Shown piece by piece: positions 11,266-22,800 of a stretch of DNA of 64,000 nt; position 1 is the first letter of the stretch, and every line of letters starts with the position of its first letter. The notes under the pieces are model-generated. The model was not told the DNA's origin. It saw only the letters and a list, made by a program, of their open reading frames with translations, and searched no databases. The DNA is taken from positions 15,438,001 through 15,502,000 of the forward strand of contig CM102286.1 of assembly GCA_046563655.1 (NCBI GenBank), read 5' to 3'. The translations under genes were made by a program, and so were the position numbers. This DNA is from Yuukianura sp. NJ FZ-2021 (taxonomy: Eukaryota).

Positions 11266-13167
11266 ATGTACGGGAATTCACAATGGCGTTACAGAATGGA
11301 TTCATGTTCAATAAACAAGAAGCGATTTAACACGTGGTATCTGGCAAGGGGAATGATGGTCACAATTAACACGTTCAAAAACAAGGCATACGTAGATGTT
11401 CGACACTACGTAGATGTACGTGGGCAGCTGCTGAAAACAAAAAGAGGTAAAGCAATATAATATTCTAAAGCAATGACGACAAATTGGTGGTCAACGTTCC
11501 TTTTCTTCTTTTAATTTGTTTAGGAGTGAGTTTAAATAGATTTGAATGGGCAGAGTTCCAAAAGAATATTCCAAAAATTAACTCTGCCTTCAAAATGGCT
11601 AACGATCGCATAGAAAAATATGGGCAAAAACAACAAAAGAATTTTAACAAGATGAACCAGGAGCAAATGGAGGTTTTTAAAGATAGCAAATTTGCAGCTC
11701 AATTTTTTGATGAAGATGATGATGATGATGACGATGACGGGATTGCCGAACATGACAACTTGGAAAATGGGGATACAACAAAGGACAACGGCTTCACTGC
11801 TAACGAATCAGACACGGAAGAAGACATTTTCGACGAAGGAGATTACACAGAGGAAAATTGTAGTCAGGCTACATTGGAAAGGCGGGAGAAGAGTCGACAG
11901 AAACAAATAAACCCAGGGAAACGTGATCCCTACAAGATTTTAGATGTTTACAAAGAACCCAACGACAAGGCAACTGTAGAACGACTTCAAAGAAATTCAT
12001 TCCATTGTAGAACCATGTTGTGTCAAACTATCACCCAACAATGCATGTCTGTTTTCGGAGATTCTCTTTACTACTATGTTCACCATCAAAATCAACTACT
12101 ACTTACGTTGTGTTCCCAATTACAAAACAACGCTCACATTGAAAAGTTGTTTACGCAGATACTCTCTGGTACTTAGTTTAAACCAAACCACGTAACCTTA
12201 GACCACACTGTACTTACCTTTTTTTTTTTATGAAAAAACTTACTTTGTCGTTCTTTTTAGAAATGAAGCTAGACGAAAATGACATACCTCCACAGTACCG
12301 CGGAGGGTACAGCGATTGGTTCAACCCAATCAGATGTCCTTCAAATTTTCAGTCAGAAACGCCTACAGGCAAGACGATTTCCTCCCAGCAATTTCCTCCC
12401 TTTTATGTGAAGTCGGCTGACGAACCTAGGGAAATTTACGTTAAAAAGACATCGCAAACAGTTGCCACAAGCGGCAGCAATGCTGTACATTCCTGCCTAC
12501 AGAAAATTCAATCAGAAACCCCAACAGGGAAGACAAATTCCTCGCAACAGCACACTCATTTTTATGTGAAGTCGGCTGACGTGCGTAGGGAAATATACGT
12601 TAAAAAATCCTCTAAGGCACTTGCCACCAGCAGCGACAATGCTGTACATTCCCGCCAAATAAAAGGTTAGGTCATTTGGTTATTACATTTACCCTACATG
12701 TCTAACCTATATACCAGCATTCTATATTCGACATTTGTTTTGCAGAAATGGAACTGGATGAGCAGGCTATACCAGAAGAGTACCATGGAGGGCACAGCAT
12801 GCTGTTCAACTCGAAAACTCGCAGAAACTTTCAGCAGGAATCCAAACCAATCAACCCTAGTTCATGTCAACAAAACACAACTCGTGATACAGGACAAGCT
12901 GAAAAGCAAAGAACAATACGATTGGCTACAACTTCATTGGCAATGAAAAGCAACAGCTACAGCACGACTTCAAGGTACCACAAAAAGAAAGGTAAGGGTA
13001 TTTGGGTATTACATACATCCAACATACCGTGCCTATGTTATACACCAGCACGCTAATTGTCTAATCTCTATTTAGATTCGATTATTGCGGATAGGCGTAC
13101 TCGTGCGAAGAAACGAACGTGGGCACATGAATCTTCAACTGAGTTTGAAGTTATTACTTTAGACTAG
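11266..13167 (+). CDS. PC4/Sub1-type ssDNA-binding domain protein with acidic tract, duplicated exon module and C-terminal SIM-like motif
   Basis: Splicing 11447/11524 gives WYLARGMMVTINTFKNKAYVDVRHYVDVRGQLLKTKRGVSLNRFEWAEFQKNIPKIN, a PC4 signature; further exons ~12261-12665, 12746-12991, 13077-13167 ending EFEVITLD. Confidence 0.75.
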
Positions 13168-13501
13168 TAGTTAAACAACTATACTGTGTCGTCATTGAAA
13201 TGCAGAAGGTTAAAACTATGGAGTAAGTCGCTCAAGTATCTGATTCAATTTTTACAACTATAATACCTTTCAATTAATTTTAAATGATGTTATGTCGTGT
13301 TGTACTCAAGTGTCCACTATCGTCCATAAGATATCTACAAAACATTACTTAATGGGGAATTACTGTTAATTGCGTTATTCTAATTACCTAATATTTTTAT
13401 TTGATTTCGTCGATTTGAGATTGTTGAAGTCTAGTAGTATTGCATATTAATAAAATACAGAGCATACTAACACCATTACAAGTTATCTCTGATGGGTGTA
13501 A

Positions 13502-13569
13502 TATAAAAGTTATTATAGCATACGTTGTTATGCTCATTTCCAGTTTGGACGTCCCTCACTGTAGACGTC
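13502..13569 (+). promoter_or_regulatory. TATA+Inr+DPE core promoter
   Basis: TATAAA 13502, TCATT (A=13536), AGACGT at 13563 = +28. Confidence 0.65.
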
Positions 13570-14039
13570 CCGTTTTCTCTCTCGTAGTCTTGTTTACTCT
13601 TCTCCACTCTATTCCTTACCACACCCTATTTGTAATTGTGAGTTTTCGGACTTTTACAAGGCTCGGATATTGGCATTCTGGAGGTAATTGGGATAACCAA
13701 AAATAACTCAAATAAAACCAATAATACAAAGACAGTTTTAGGTGGAAATTTTTTTTCTTTCCAAAAATTACCGTAAATGTCAAACTATTTACATATTTCA
13801 TTTTTGCTGTAATAGTTTTAGCGTTTAAGTTGTTCAACTTGACTATAATTTTACGTTTGGAGTTGATTTTTTGTATATTAATTATTGTTAAGGAGTAGGT
13901 AATTTACAATGTTGCTAGGTTGTTGGTTTGATTTTTTTTTCTTTATGGCATACATTCTAGATTACTTCTGAGAAGGTTCTAAGGAAAACCAGCGAAAAAG
14001 GTTCAATCCGGCAACACTGAAAATTTAAGAAAGGAATAG

Positions 14040-14854
14040 ATGAACGGAATCGTGGGTTTGGTCAATTCCCCAAAAAAACGAAGGAAGTGGGTTAAACACA
14101 AGTATGGAAAGAAACCAAGGATTCAACTTGCGAAACCCACTCCAGCAACAGCGACGGGTCGAGGGTGGTGGGAGAAGTACAAGTCTACACAAGTATTTTC
14201 TTTGGATGTCGAGAAGGTAGAGGTACCAAACCCCATGAGTAGAAAGCGGCGAAAACACTTTCAAGCCGCTGCATCTGTTGCAGTAATAGATGGAAATCGG
14301 AAACTCATTTACTCAACCAAAATTAGACATGCACCTGGATCGTTCATTGTCAATGCGAACAACAAAACTGGATTTGCGTCACATTCACTTATGTATGGAA
14401 CGCCGTTAGTGAAAGTAAAGGATGACTTGCTTCGTTTGTTTAAAGGAAACTTGGTAGTTGGAGTGGCGCTTCGCAATGATCTAGCTTGTCTTGGGCTTAG
14501 CGGACAAAGATTATTTGAGACATTTGATCTTCAGTGGTACTGGTAATGAAAATTACCACTTTATGTTTGTACCTTTTGTATTCCAAATAATATGTTTTTG
14601 TGATGACTTGTAGGTACAGAATGGACATAGATGTCAACCGCCGCCCGGTGAAATCGTTGATTGGCCTACGCTCGTTGTGCAAATATTTTTTCCGCATCGA
14701 TATGCAACCAGATCATCTCTTTCATGACGCTACTGTTGATGCTGCCTGGACCATGGATTTATTTCTAGATGTGTATACTAAGCGTCATACAAATACAAAG
14801 TGGGCTAAAAATCCTAGCAATCACATTGTTCATTTCAAAAATTTATTCAAGTAA
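14040..14854 (+). CDS. DEDDh 3'-5' exonuclease, REXO4/ISG20-like
   Basis: SLDVEK (ExoI), VVGVALRNDL (ExoII), GLRSLCKYFF, FHDATVDA (ExoIII); intron 14543-14613; basic NLS-like N-terminus. Confidence 0.85.
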
Positions 14855-14984
14855 ACACCGTGTACGGAATTAAAATTTCGGAAATGAAAACGCAAAATTG
14901 CAAGTAAATTAGTTGGCGTTAGTAGTCGTCAGCAGTAGTCTTATTACTTTATTAGCACATTACTCTACCCATATAAAAGTAGTA

Positions 14985-15020
14985 TTCAGTGCCAGCTTAG
15001 ACGTCACTGCACGGAGACAC
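14985..15020 (+). promoter_or_regulatory. Inr+DPE core promoter
   Basis: TCAGT (A=14988), AGACAC at 15015 = +28. Confidence 0.5.
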
Positions 15021-15202
15021 GCATGTGCTTCTCGTATTCTCATTCACTTTTGTTATTAAAATCAGAACGTCGTCGTCCAGTTTCACACCGTTCACGTTTA
15101 ATTTATACCCTATTGCGAATCTACAAACTTGTCGGTGAGAAACTATCGGGCAAAATTTTTCGTTAAACGTAATAAACAAAAGTTGTACTTTTGTAGGTGA
15201 TA

Positions 15203-17042
15203 ATGGACACGGGATTCACAGTTGGTGAAGTTGTCAATGCTGTGGAATTTTATGTTACAAACAAACTTCAACAAGCAACCATTGTTGACATTTTTCAATC
15301 AGGTATGCTTGCACAACTTTTTCCCCGCTTACATGTTGCATGACGGTTGTCTAATACCGGTTTTACTTTTTCTTTAGATTCAATGAACGTTTATGTTATA
15401 CGGTATCCAAACAATCAATTTGACGTCAAGCTGCATCGCTTCTTGCACAAGGTACAACATGATTCATCTGCTATACATATGAGCGGAGCAACTTTACAAA
15501 CGGTACAAGTTGATGAACGTAATCAACAAAGCACTGTCCCGGCTCCAACACATGTTTCCAATACCCTTGCGTCTAACACATTGGCGCCATCAGCGAGTTG
15601 TAATGATCAGCCTTCTACTAGCCAACTCGGACGTCCCAAACGTGATGGTCATGTGCAGCCGCTTATTCAACTTCCTCCAAGACCCACACATGTAGATACT
15701 GCTGCAACTACTCTAGCTGCATCTACATTGTCTGTGTCAGTTGCACAAGTGACAGCTTCCGAGACGGATGTAACCAGTTCAGCTACACTTACAACTGCAA
15801 CTACCTTGTCAACTTTTGTTCCACTTGAATTAGTTTTGCCAGGGCAAACTCAAACTACATCTTTAACCGCCGTACCTTCAACTTCTGGATCACATGCTGT
15901 TGTCGCCACTGAAGCCGCAGTCTCTTTACTTATTCCTACTGCTCCTATAACAACAGAGACAGAGTTGCCATCTGCAATTGAAGATTTCGGTATTACGCCA
16001 GATACAACACCTCCAACAGTGACTATACCGGTACAACATCTTACTCCTCCCAACCAGCAAGTTGAAACTAGAAGGACAAGCTCTCCTGCCGTTCCAACTG
16101 CTTCTACCTCAGCTGCATTGGATCCAACAATGGGTGAAGGAAATGCTAATCGGGAAATTGTTACTACTACTACTACTACACCAACTACCGGTAGACGGTT
16201 GAGATCAGCGGGGCGTCCAGATCGTCAAAAATATGGCAAGGAACATGCTACTACTTCGACACGTAAACGCAAAGGTATATTCCAAGCGTTCACTATTTTC
16301 TGTAAGTACCACATTCGCTAATTGTAATGATGTTGTTTATCAAGGAAACCAAGCACCCAGCAGTGATACTAAAAGGACCCGTAGGAATACCGACGACAAC
16401 TTGCCACTCGATGACGCTGACGCCACATCTATGCATCCAAATGAACCAGTTGTAACACCACGACAACGAAATGTTGGGCAAGGATATGTGTTACCAACTG
16501 GATCGGGCTCACTTCCATTGGCCAAACGTAGTGATGTCATTACTGCTCAACAATTCAATACGGTGGTCAAACGTTACAACAGGGCACGCAAGGAATGGCA
16601 AATTAGCTACAATGAACTCAGGGTTGAAAATGAGAATCTCAAGGCGGAACTCTCAGACTTGAAGGAGGAACACGAAGAGCTCAAGATTCAGCACGAAGAC
16701 CTCAAGATTGAACACGAAGACCTCAAGATTGAACACGAAAACCTCAAGGTTGAACACGAAAACCTCAAGGTTGAACACGAAGACCTCAAGAGTAAACACG
16801 AAGACCTCAAGATTGAACACGAAAACCTCAAGATTGAACACGAAGAGCTGAAGGTAAACTACGAAAAGCTCAAAATTGAACACGAAGAGTTGAAGGTTCA
16901 GCATGAAGAGTTGAATGTTAAATACAACAAGCTAGAAGGCAAATACAACACCCTCAAAACTGAACATGAAAAGTTGAAAGTGGACTATGCAGGTTTGGAA
17001 GAGCGTTTGCAAAAACTTGAGGCACGATATGGAACTGAATAG
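15203..17042 (+). CDS. Tudor-like domain + S/T/P-rich linker + His-containing heptad coiled-coil protein (3 coding exons)
   Basis: Exons ~15203-15302, 15379-16274, 16345-17042; N-terminus FTVGEVVNAV...ATIVDIFQSDSMNVYVIRYPNNQFDVK; 21-nt repeats encoding LK(I/V)EHE(D/N/E). Confidence 0.75.
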
Positions 17043-17486
17043 AGATTTATTTCATTTCAAGACAATTTCATTTTTTTTTATGCTAGTATCAAATGTTGTA
17101 GTTTATCTATTTCCTTTTTTGAAACAGCTACTTAGTTAGACCAGTTGTAGTTACAATGGTTGTTATGTCCTTTTGGTTACTGAATAAACCCATACATTTA
17201 TTATTGAATTAATTACACGACGTAGAGAAGGAAATATTGATTTCAGCATATAATTTCACAAAATCATGTTCCGAAACTTTTCATTTGGATTTTGTCGTAA
17301 ATACAATTGTATACTTCGTTTCATCCTGTTGTTGTTGGATATTGTCGAGAGAGGACGCTTTTCACTTGTGCTCAGTTTCATATACCTTTCCATTCTCGAC
17401 AGTCGGACGATATTGCATATAGTTTCTACTTCATACTCCTAGTAGAGTTTTCACCTTCAGTGATTCTAGTTTTGAATTATATTGTC

Positions 17487-18568
17487 ATGTACAACATACC
17501 AACATTTCAAATTGGTGATGTTGTGAATACTTACAAGAACCACAAGGCCAAGCGCTGGGGAGGAACGTATAATCGTGCAGCACGACTCTTTAATGAAAGT
17601 GAGTTGTTGAAATTGAAAGATTTGGTTTGTGTCTTTATGTCTTTATCATTATCTTTATGTCTGGAAATTTTTTTAGGTCTCATGTTTGACTTTTCGTTGA
17701 ATGCACACACAAAGTTGGACGCTCTAATTACCGTTGACGACGTCAATTTACTTAATGACTGGGCTAGAATCATGAACTTTGCGGAAGTTGCGACTGTAGT
17801 TGACCTTTGCAAAGACAGTGCGTATTTTCAAAATTATTAATGCCTAACCACACATAGCTTGTCAACACTCATGTACATGTACACATGTTTTTGTTTTCTT
17901 TTTTTTTTTAGAAAGACATTGCCTAGTCAAGTTTAATGATGGCAGTGTTGATGTCAAGATGATGAAATTCTTGAAACATACTGGCAATCAAAATGCAGAA
18001 TACGCAGAACAACTGCCCAATAATTCAACATCAACCGCCGACAAATACTTGGAAGCTGAAATTCAACAGGAAGCATACGAACCTCGCCACCAACATCTTT
18101 CAGATTCAGGCAAGGAAATTGAACAAAATCAAACTATTCATCTTACAAATCAGGCATGATTTTCTTAAACTTTTTGTTCAAGATGTTCCAGAAACTGACT
18201 CAGAACACACCGACGATAGCATCGAAGTAGAAGACTTAGTGGAGGGCAAAGGACACTTTGTGCCAGGTAAACAAAGAACAGTCGGACAAAAAATTATTTT
18301 ATTGCTTTATCACAATTATTTTATCGCAGACATCGGCGACAAACATGAAGATTGCTCGATGGATGAGTCAGACTCAGATGTAATTTTCATCAATGACGAA
18401 ACGACGTCTTCTACATCATCGTCATTGGAAGAAGAGGAAACTCAGCAACGTTTGAAGCAAAACCGAAAAAGAAAACCAATTAACAAACTTTCTTCTACTT
18501 CAGGCGCAGGAGCTACTAAGAAAAAGTCTCGACTTATAATTATTTCTGAGAGCGAGTCCGACACTTAA
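17487..18568 (+). CDS. Tudor-like domain (with insertion) + acidic/Ser-rich tail protein, ~5 exons
   Basis: FQIGDVVNTY...ATVVDLCKD | RHCLVKFNDGSVDVKMMKFLKH parallels the 15203 N-terminus; tail has DVIFIND and RLIIISESESD SIM-like motifs. Confidence 0.55.
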
Positions 18569-19608
18569 GCTTACCGCCCACCAAAAAAGTGAAACGAACA
18601 ATTGGAATCCCAGCGGCTTCTGCTCCATTTGTTCTTTCTACCCGGCACACCAAAAAAGTGTCGGAAGAAGAAATGGAGCCGACGGCGCAGGGGTTCCATT
18701 TTTTCTGCTCCACTTTTTCTTTTAACCCAGCACACTGGACTTAATGGCACGACAACTTTCTGCTCCACTTTGTCGTTTCATCTGGTCTGCCATAGGAATT
18801 CGTACTCGTCAGAACATGTCAATACAGAATGGCGCCATTCTCTTTTTTCAAATATGAACTTGAGAATCAGTTCATATTCCTACGTCAATAATATTGACCA
18901 GTATTAAGTTACTGATTAGTTGTAGATAAGCTTGTGTCGTAGCTGTTACACTGTTATTATATGTGTCTGGGGTCACTCCTTGGGTTAGGTTAAGATAGTG
19001 GTAACAGCATTTCGTACAAAAACAGCTACGACATATGCTAAACTTGCATTAATTCATTAATACACACTAAGTAAATTGAGTACTGTTGTGAACGTTAATA
19101 AGCATACAGGGTACTGTGTACCCTGTTAAGTATAGGAATTGTTTTCTTATAACAAAAAAGGTATCATTCACTATGAATGATACCAAGCATATTAATTTAA
19201 CGTTAACAGCTGACGTTGTTTACAAACTGCACTTTCTGATCAGAAAGTGCAGTGTGCCATAGGGAAAAAACTGGCGCCGAATATTTTCGGCTCGGAAAGT
19301 TCAACTTTTTGAACTTTCCGGAAAGACAAAATTTTGGCCGCCGAAAGTTTTCTCATTCGGTGTGCCATAGTCTGCGCCAAAAGTGAACCGACAACTTTCG
19401 TTTCACTTTTGTCTGCAGAAAAAGTGGAGCCGACACCGAATCTCGGTGTGCGGGGTGGAAAGATGAAAGTGAGACGAACTTTTTCTTTCCTCTTCGACGG
19501 GAAGAAAAAGTTCGGCGGCTACTTTTTCTGGTGTGCTATAGCAAAGTGAACAGAAAAAGTAGAGCAGACAGCCGCCGACAGTCGGCGCCGTCCAGTGTGC
19601 GGGAACCT
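18568..19608. mobile_element. PIF/Harbinger-like MITE
   Basis: TTA on both flanks (18565-67, 19609-11); imperfect TIRs AGCTTACCGCCCAC / AGGTTCCCGCACAC; many subterminal palindromes, including a perfect 28-bp palindrome at 19226-19253. Confidence 0.6.
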
Positions 19609-20122
19609 TTAAGGTCACGAGGGTAGGAGCTCATCCGCTGAAACCTATTGATAGACGCCTTTAAAGTGCATATGTTTGAAAGAATTCAAAGAGGCAGAAG
19701 ATAGTTCGCCAGATTTAAATCTACAACCAATTAAGGACGCCTATGACAAAGCCCTTGAACCAATGCTTGTTGTTTCTGACCGTTTTACAGAGTTGTTGTA
19801 ATAGTCTTGTATCCCGATCGAACCAAACTGTTATTTATATAGTTACTAACATGGCTACCAATTTCTGTTAAAGGCATTTTCTAATGCATCAAATCTAACT
19901 AGCCCACATTTTGACATATTCCAATTAAACGTACAACTTTGTTGGTTGCTAATAAAAATAATTCAATTCCAAATTATCCAACCCTGTAATTGGCACAAAG
20001 GTGTAGTTTGAATTCTTTCAGTTAGGTTAGGTTTATTTTGAATTTCATTTCAAAGTGTAGCGATACATTTTTTTAAGTTAAACCCCTTCACCTAACCTTA
20101 AATTATTTATAGGTAGTTGTAA

Positions 20123-20158
20123 TCAGTTGTAAAGTAGTTGGTGAGCCGAGCAGACGTT
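20123..20158 (+). promoter_or_regulatory. Inr+DPE core promoter
   Basis: TCAGT (A=20125), AGACGT at 20152 = +28. Confidence 0.62.
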
Positions 20159-20254
20159 CGTAATTGGTGTTCTTGTTTTCGCGCTTGCAATTTTTCCTAC
20201 CGCTTGAGAGAAATATTTTTCGCCTAGTTGTTGGTATTTTCATTCAAGACTTCA

Positions 20255-20950
20255 ATGTCATCCATGGAAGTAGCTCCAAATGAGGTAAGTTTTTGAAGGT
20301 ATACTTTTAAGATGATACTTTTAACCCGTATTGTATGTTTAACCAATCCGTTCTAACGTCACACACGATTATTTGTACAGGAGTTGGGGTTGGTGAGTGA
20401 TATGATGATGTTTGTTCAATATTCAGAGTTGATGAAGGACACTGAGGTTGGGAAGCAGATGTTGGGAAATCGTGCGAAAGAAGAAGTAATCACAATACAT
20501 CAATAACAAACTCAACTAACAAACAAACAAACGCTCAAATAACAAACGTAATCACGTATTCACACTAATAGTCACAGTAACTGTAATTTTTACATAGATA
20601 AAACAAATGGCTTCTACTATCGTGAAAAGGGAGACAACGCTCAACCCGGATTCCATATCCACTGTTAGTGTATCTTATCAAATTTGTATTGCACTTGTTT
20701 ATGTATAAATTTTTTATTCATTCCAACTATCTTTTCCAATTTGCAGTCACCAATGGGCAACTTCAACGCGAGGAATTTTTTGAAACAACTAACGCACTCA
20801 TTTGTCATGTCCTACAACGAACACACGGAACTTATGAAGGCAGCAGAAGAGGTTACACCACAATTTAAACTAACCCCCGTGAAAGACATGCTTGATATGG
20901 CTATGTCAGTGATGATTGTTATTACGGACGGATTCTCAAATATGCTTTAG
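20255..20950 (+). CDS. Small 4-exon helical orphan protein, possibly a distant AGGKY-family relative
   Basis: Exons ~20255-20284, 20381-20485, 20598-20663, 20746-20950 with GT/AG; ELGLVSDMM resembles QVGLVIDVI of the 41367 gene. Confidence 0.5.
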
Positions 20951-21605
20951 GCTGACTTGTTTCTTCAAAGAAACAAATTGTTTAAAGTCGACGTCAATGT
21001 TGCATTAATTTTTCAGATGTAAAATTTTTCCGTAGTAATTAAATTTTGTTTCAAATTTGCGTAATCATATTTATGAAAAACAACAATTTTCTTTTCGCTT
21101 ACCGTTACATACATATGCTTTATTGAATATTTCCTATTCACTATGTGAAATTCTTCCCTAGATGTAACAACCGTACGACTTACTTTTGTGATGATTTAGT
21201 ACAAACTTTGTTGTTGCAACATACATTACGGAAAACTATTTAAAAGGGTTAGGGTATCATCGTAATGTTTTACAAGTTCACAACATACGCGAGTATGCTC
21301 AAAAAATAGCATTACTTTTATTTCAACAAAAGCAGTTTTCAATTGGCCTTCGCTTGACACAGTTCATAGTCACCTGCGCCATTTCTTGGCATTCACATAT
21401 CTCCTTCATCCGATTATCCTTTCCCTGTTGTCCAACAAATTCACCAACACTCAAAAGAGCGAAAACAAAAAACTAACGATTGAAGGATATCGAAAGAAAC
21501 CGGAAATCTTTACACCACAAGTAAGTTCCTCTCGATTGAATACTTCCATATTAGGAGCCCACTTCTTTTCTTACTTTCTTAATTTACTTTTTCTTTAATT
21601 AGAAA

Positions 21606-22237
21606 ATGCCGCAGATAAATGGTTCGGAGATTTCTGGAGATGACGAAAATGATAAACAGTTGTCAGCCTCTGATGTAGAAGACTCTGGGTCTGATTACGA
21701 AGACTCTTGCCCTTATGCACAAGATTCGGACTCTGACCAACCAAGAAGCAAGAAACGTTGCACACGAGTTGACTCTTTTCAAAAAACAAATGAGCTGCAG
21801 GTAACAAGGACCAAAATATTTGAATTAGAATTTTGACACTTTTCTTCATTTATCTCTTTTCCTAACACTTTGTGTTCTTTTTATAGGAAGAATGTTCCAC
21901 CACGGAATCGCAAGTAGAACAGGTCATCAACGAGAGCGATCCTGTCGAGGATAATTTGGAAACCGAATTGAGTCAGAGAGATGTGTCTGATTTCCCACTT
22001 TCACAAGAGGACGCCAAACTTATTGCCATTATTTCTCCATTCCTCAATGTACACCCATTTGGAGCAAGCTTGCAGCGCATTACCTCATTCGTGAAGAATA
22101 TCATGCCGACCGTTACCACTAACGAAATACGAGGTATTCTGCTTCACTACACGGAAATTTTTAAACTGGAGGAGGTAGAGGTGACTGACGACGTCATAGT
22201 GCCTGTATGGTCATTCATTGCGTTGTGTAAAAATTAA
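21606..22237 (+). CDS. Acidic N-terminus + NLS-like motif + ENOX1/2 C-terminal-like domain (2 coding exons)
   Basis: Intron ~21801-21886; DAKLIAIISPFLNVHPFGASLQRITSFV...IFKLE...WSF matches the ENOX C-terminal motif EALLVGIISTFLHVHPFGASIEYI...WKF. Confidence 0.75.
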
Positions 22238-22437
22238 CTACAGACTACTTTTCTGTTTTCATTTCAAATTGAGATAATAAAATGTTTATGACATTTTGGT
22301 TAACCGTTGACAACTTTTTGTGCAGAGTATTATTATAAAATAACCAGCTTCGTTACATAACCGTTGGGTACAGCTGCAACTGATTTTTTTTAGTTGTACA
22401 CTACATTCCATCGTGGAAGGGTGTCTAAGATCTTGAC

Positions 22438-22516
22438 CAAGGTTTCTATAGCAACGGAATAGTTCTTGCTTCATAGGTTAGGTTAGGTTGAAGCAGCGGT
22501 TGCTATAGAAACCTTG
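22438..22516. mobile_element. 79-bp MITE (P-element/hAT-like) with internal TTAGG repeats
   Basis: 18-bp perfect TIR CAAGGTTTCTATAGCAAC; 8-bp TSD ATCTTGAC (22430-37, 22517-24). Confidence 0.8.
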
Positions 22517-22800
22517 ATCTTGACTCTCTTGTAAGTAATTTGTTTTTATCTTACTATTAGCTTTAAATTTTCTTTCAACTTTTATCTTCACATACTTTAC
22601 CGCTAGCATGCGTCTCGTGCTCAAAACGTGGTACCGTCATTCACTGGCAAGCAACAGCGAATACTGCAACAAATAGCAGCATTATCACTATTGGCGAAAG
22701 TGAATACCCGTGGAATCAGCCTATCACAGTATGTAGATCTAAAATGAAGAGATGCGGGAATCATCAAACTGTACTAAATTCAATTATACTGTGACAGGAG

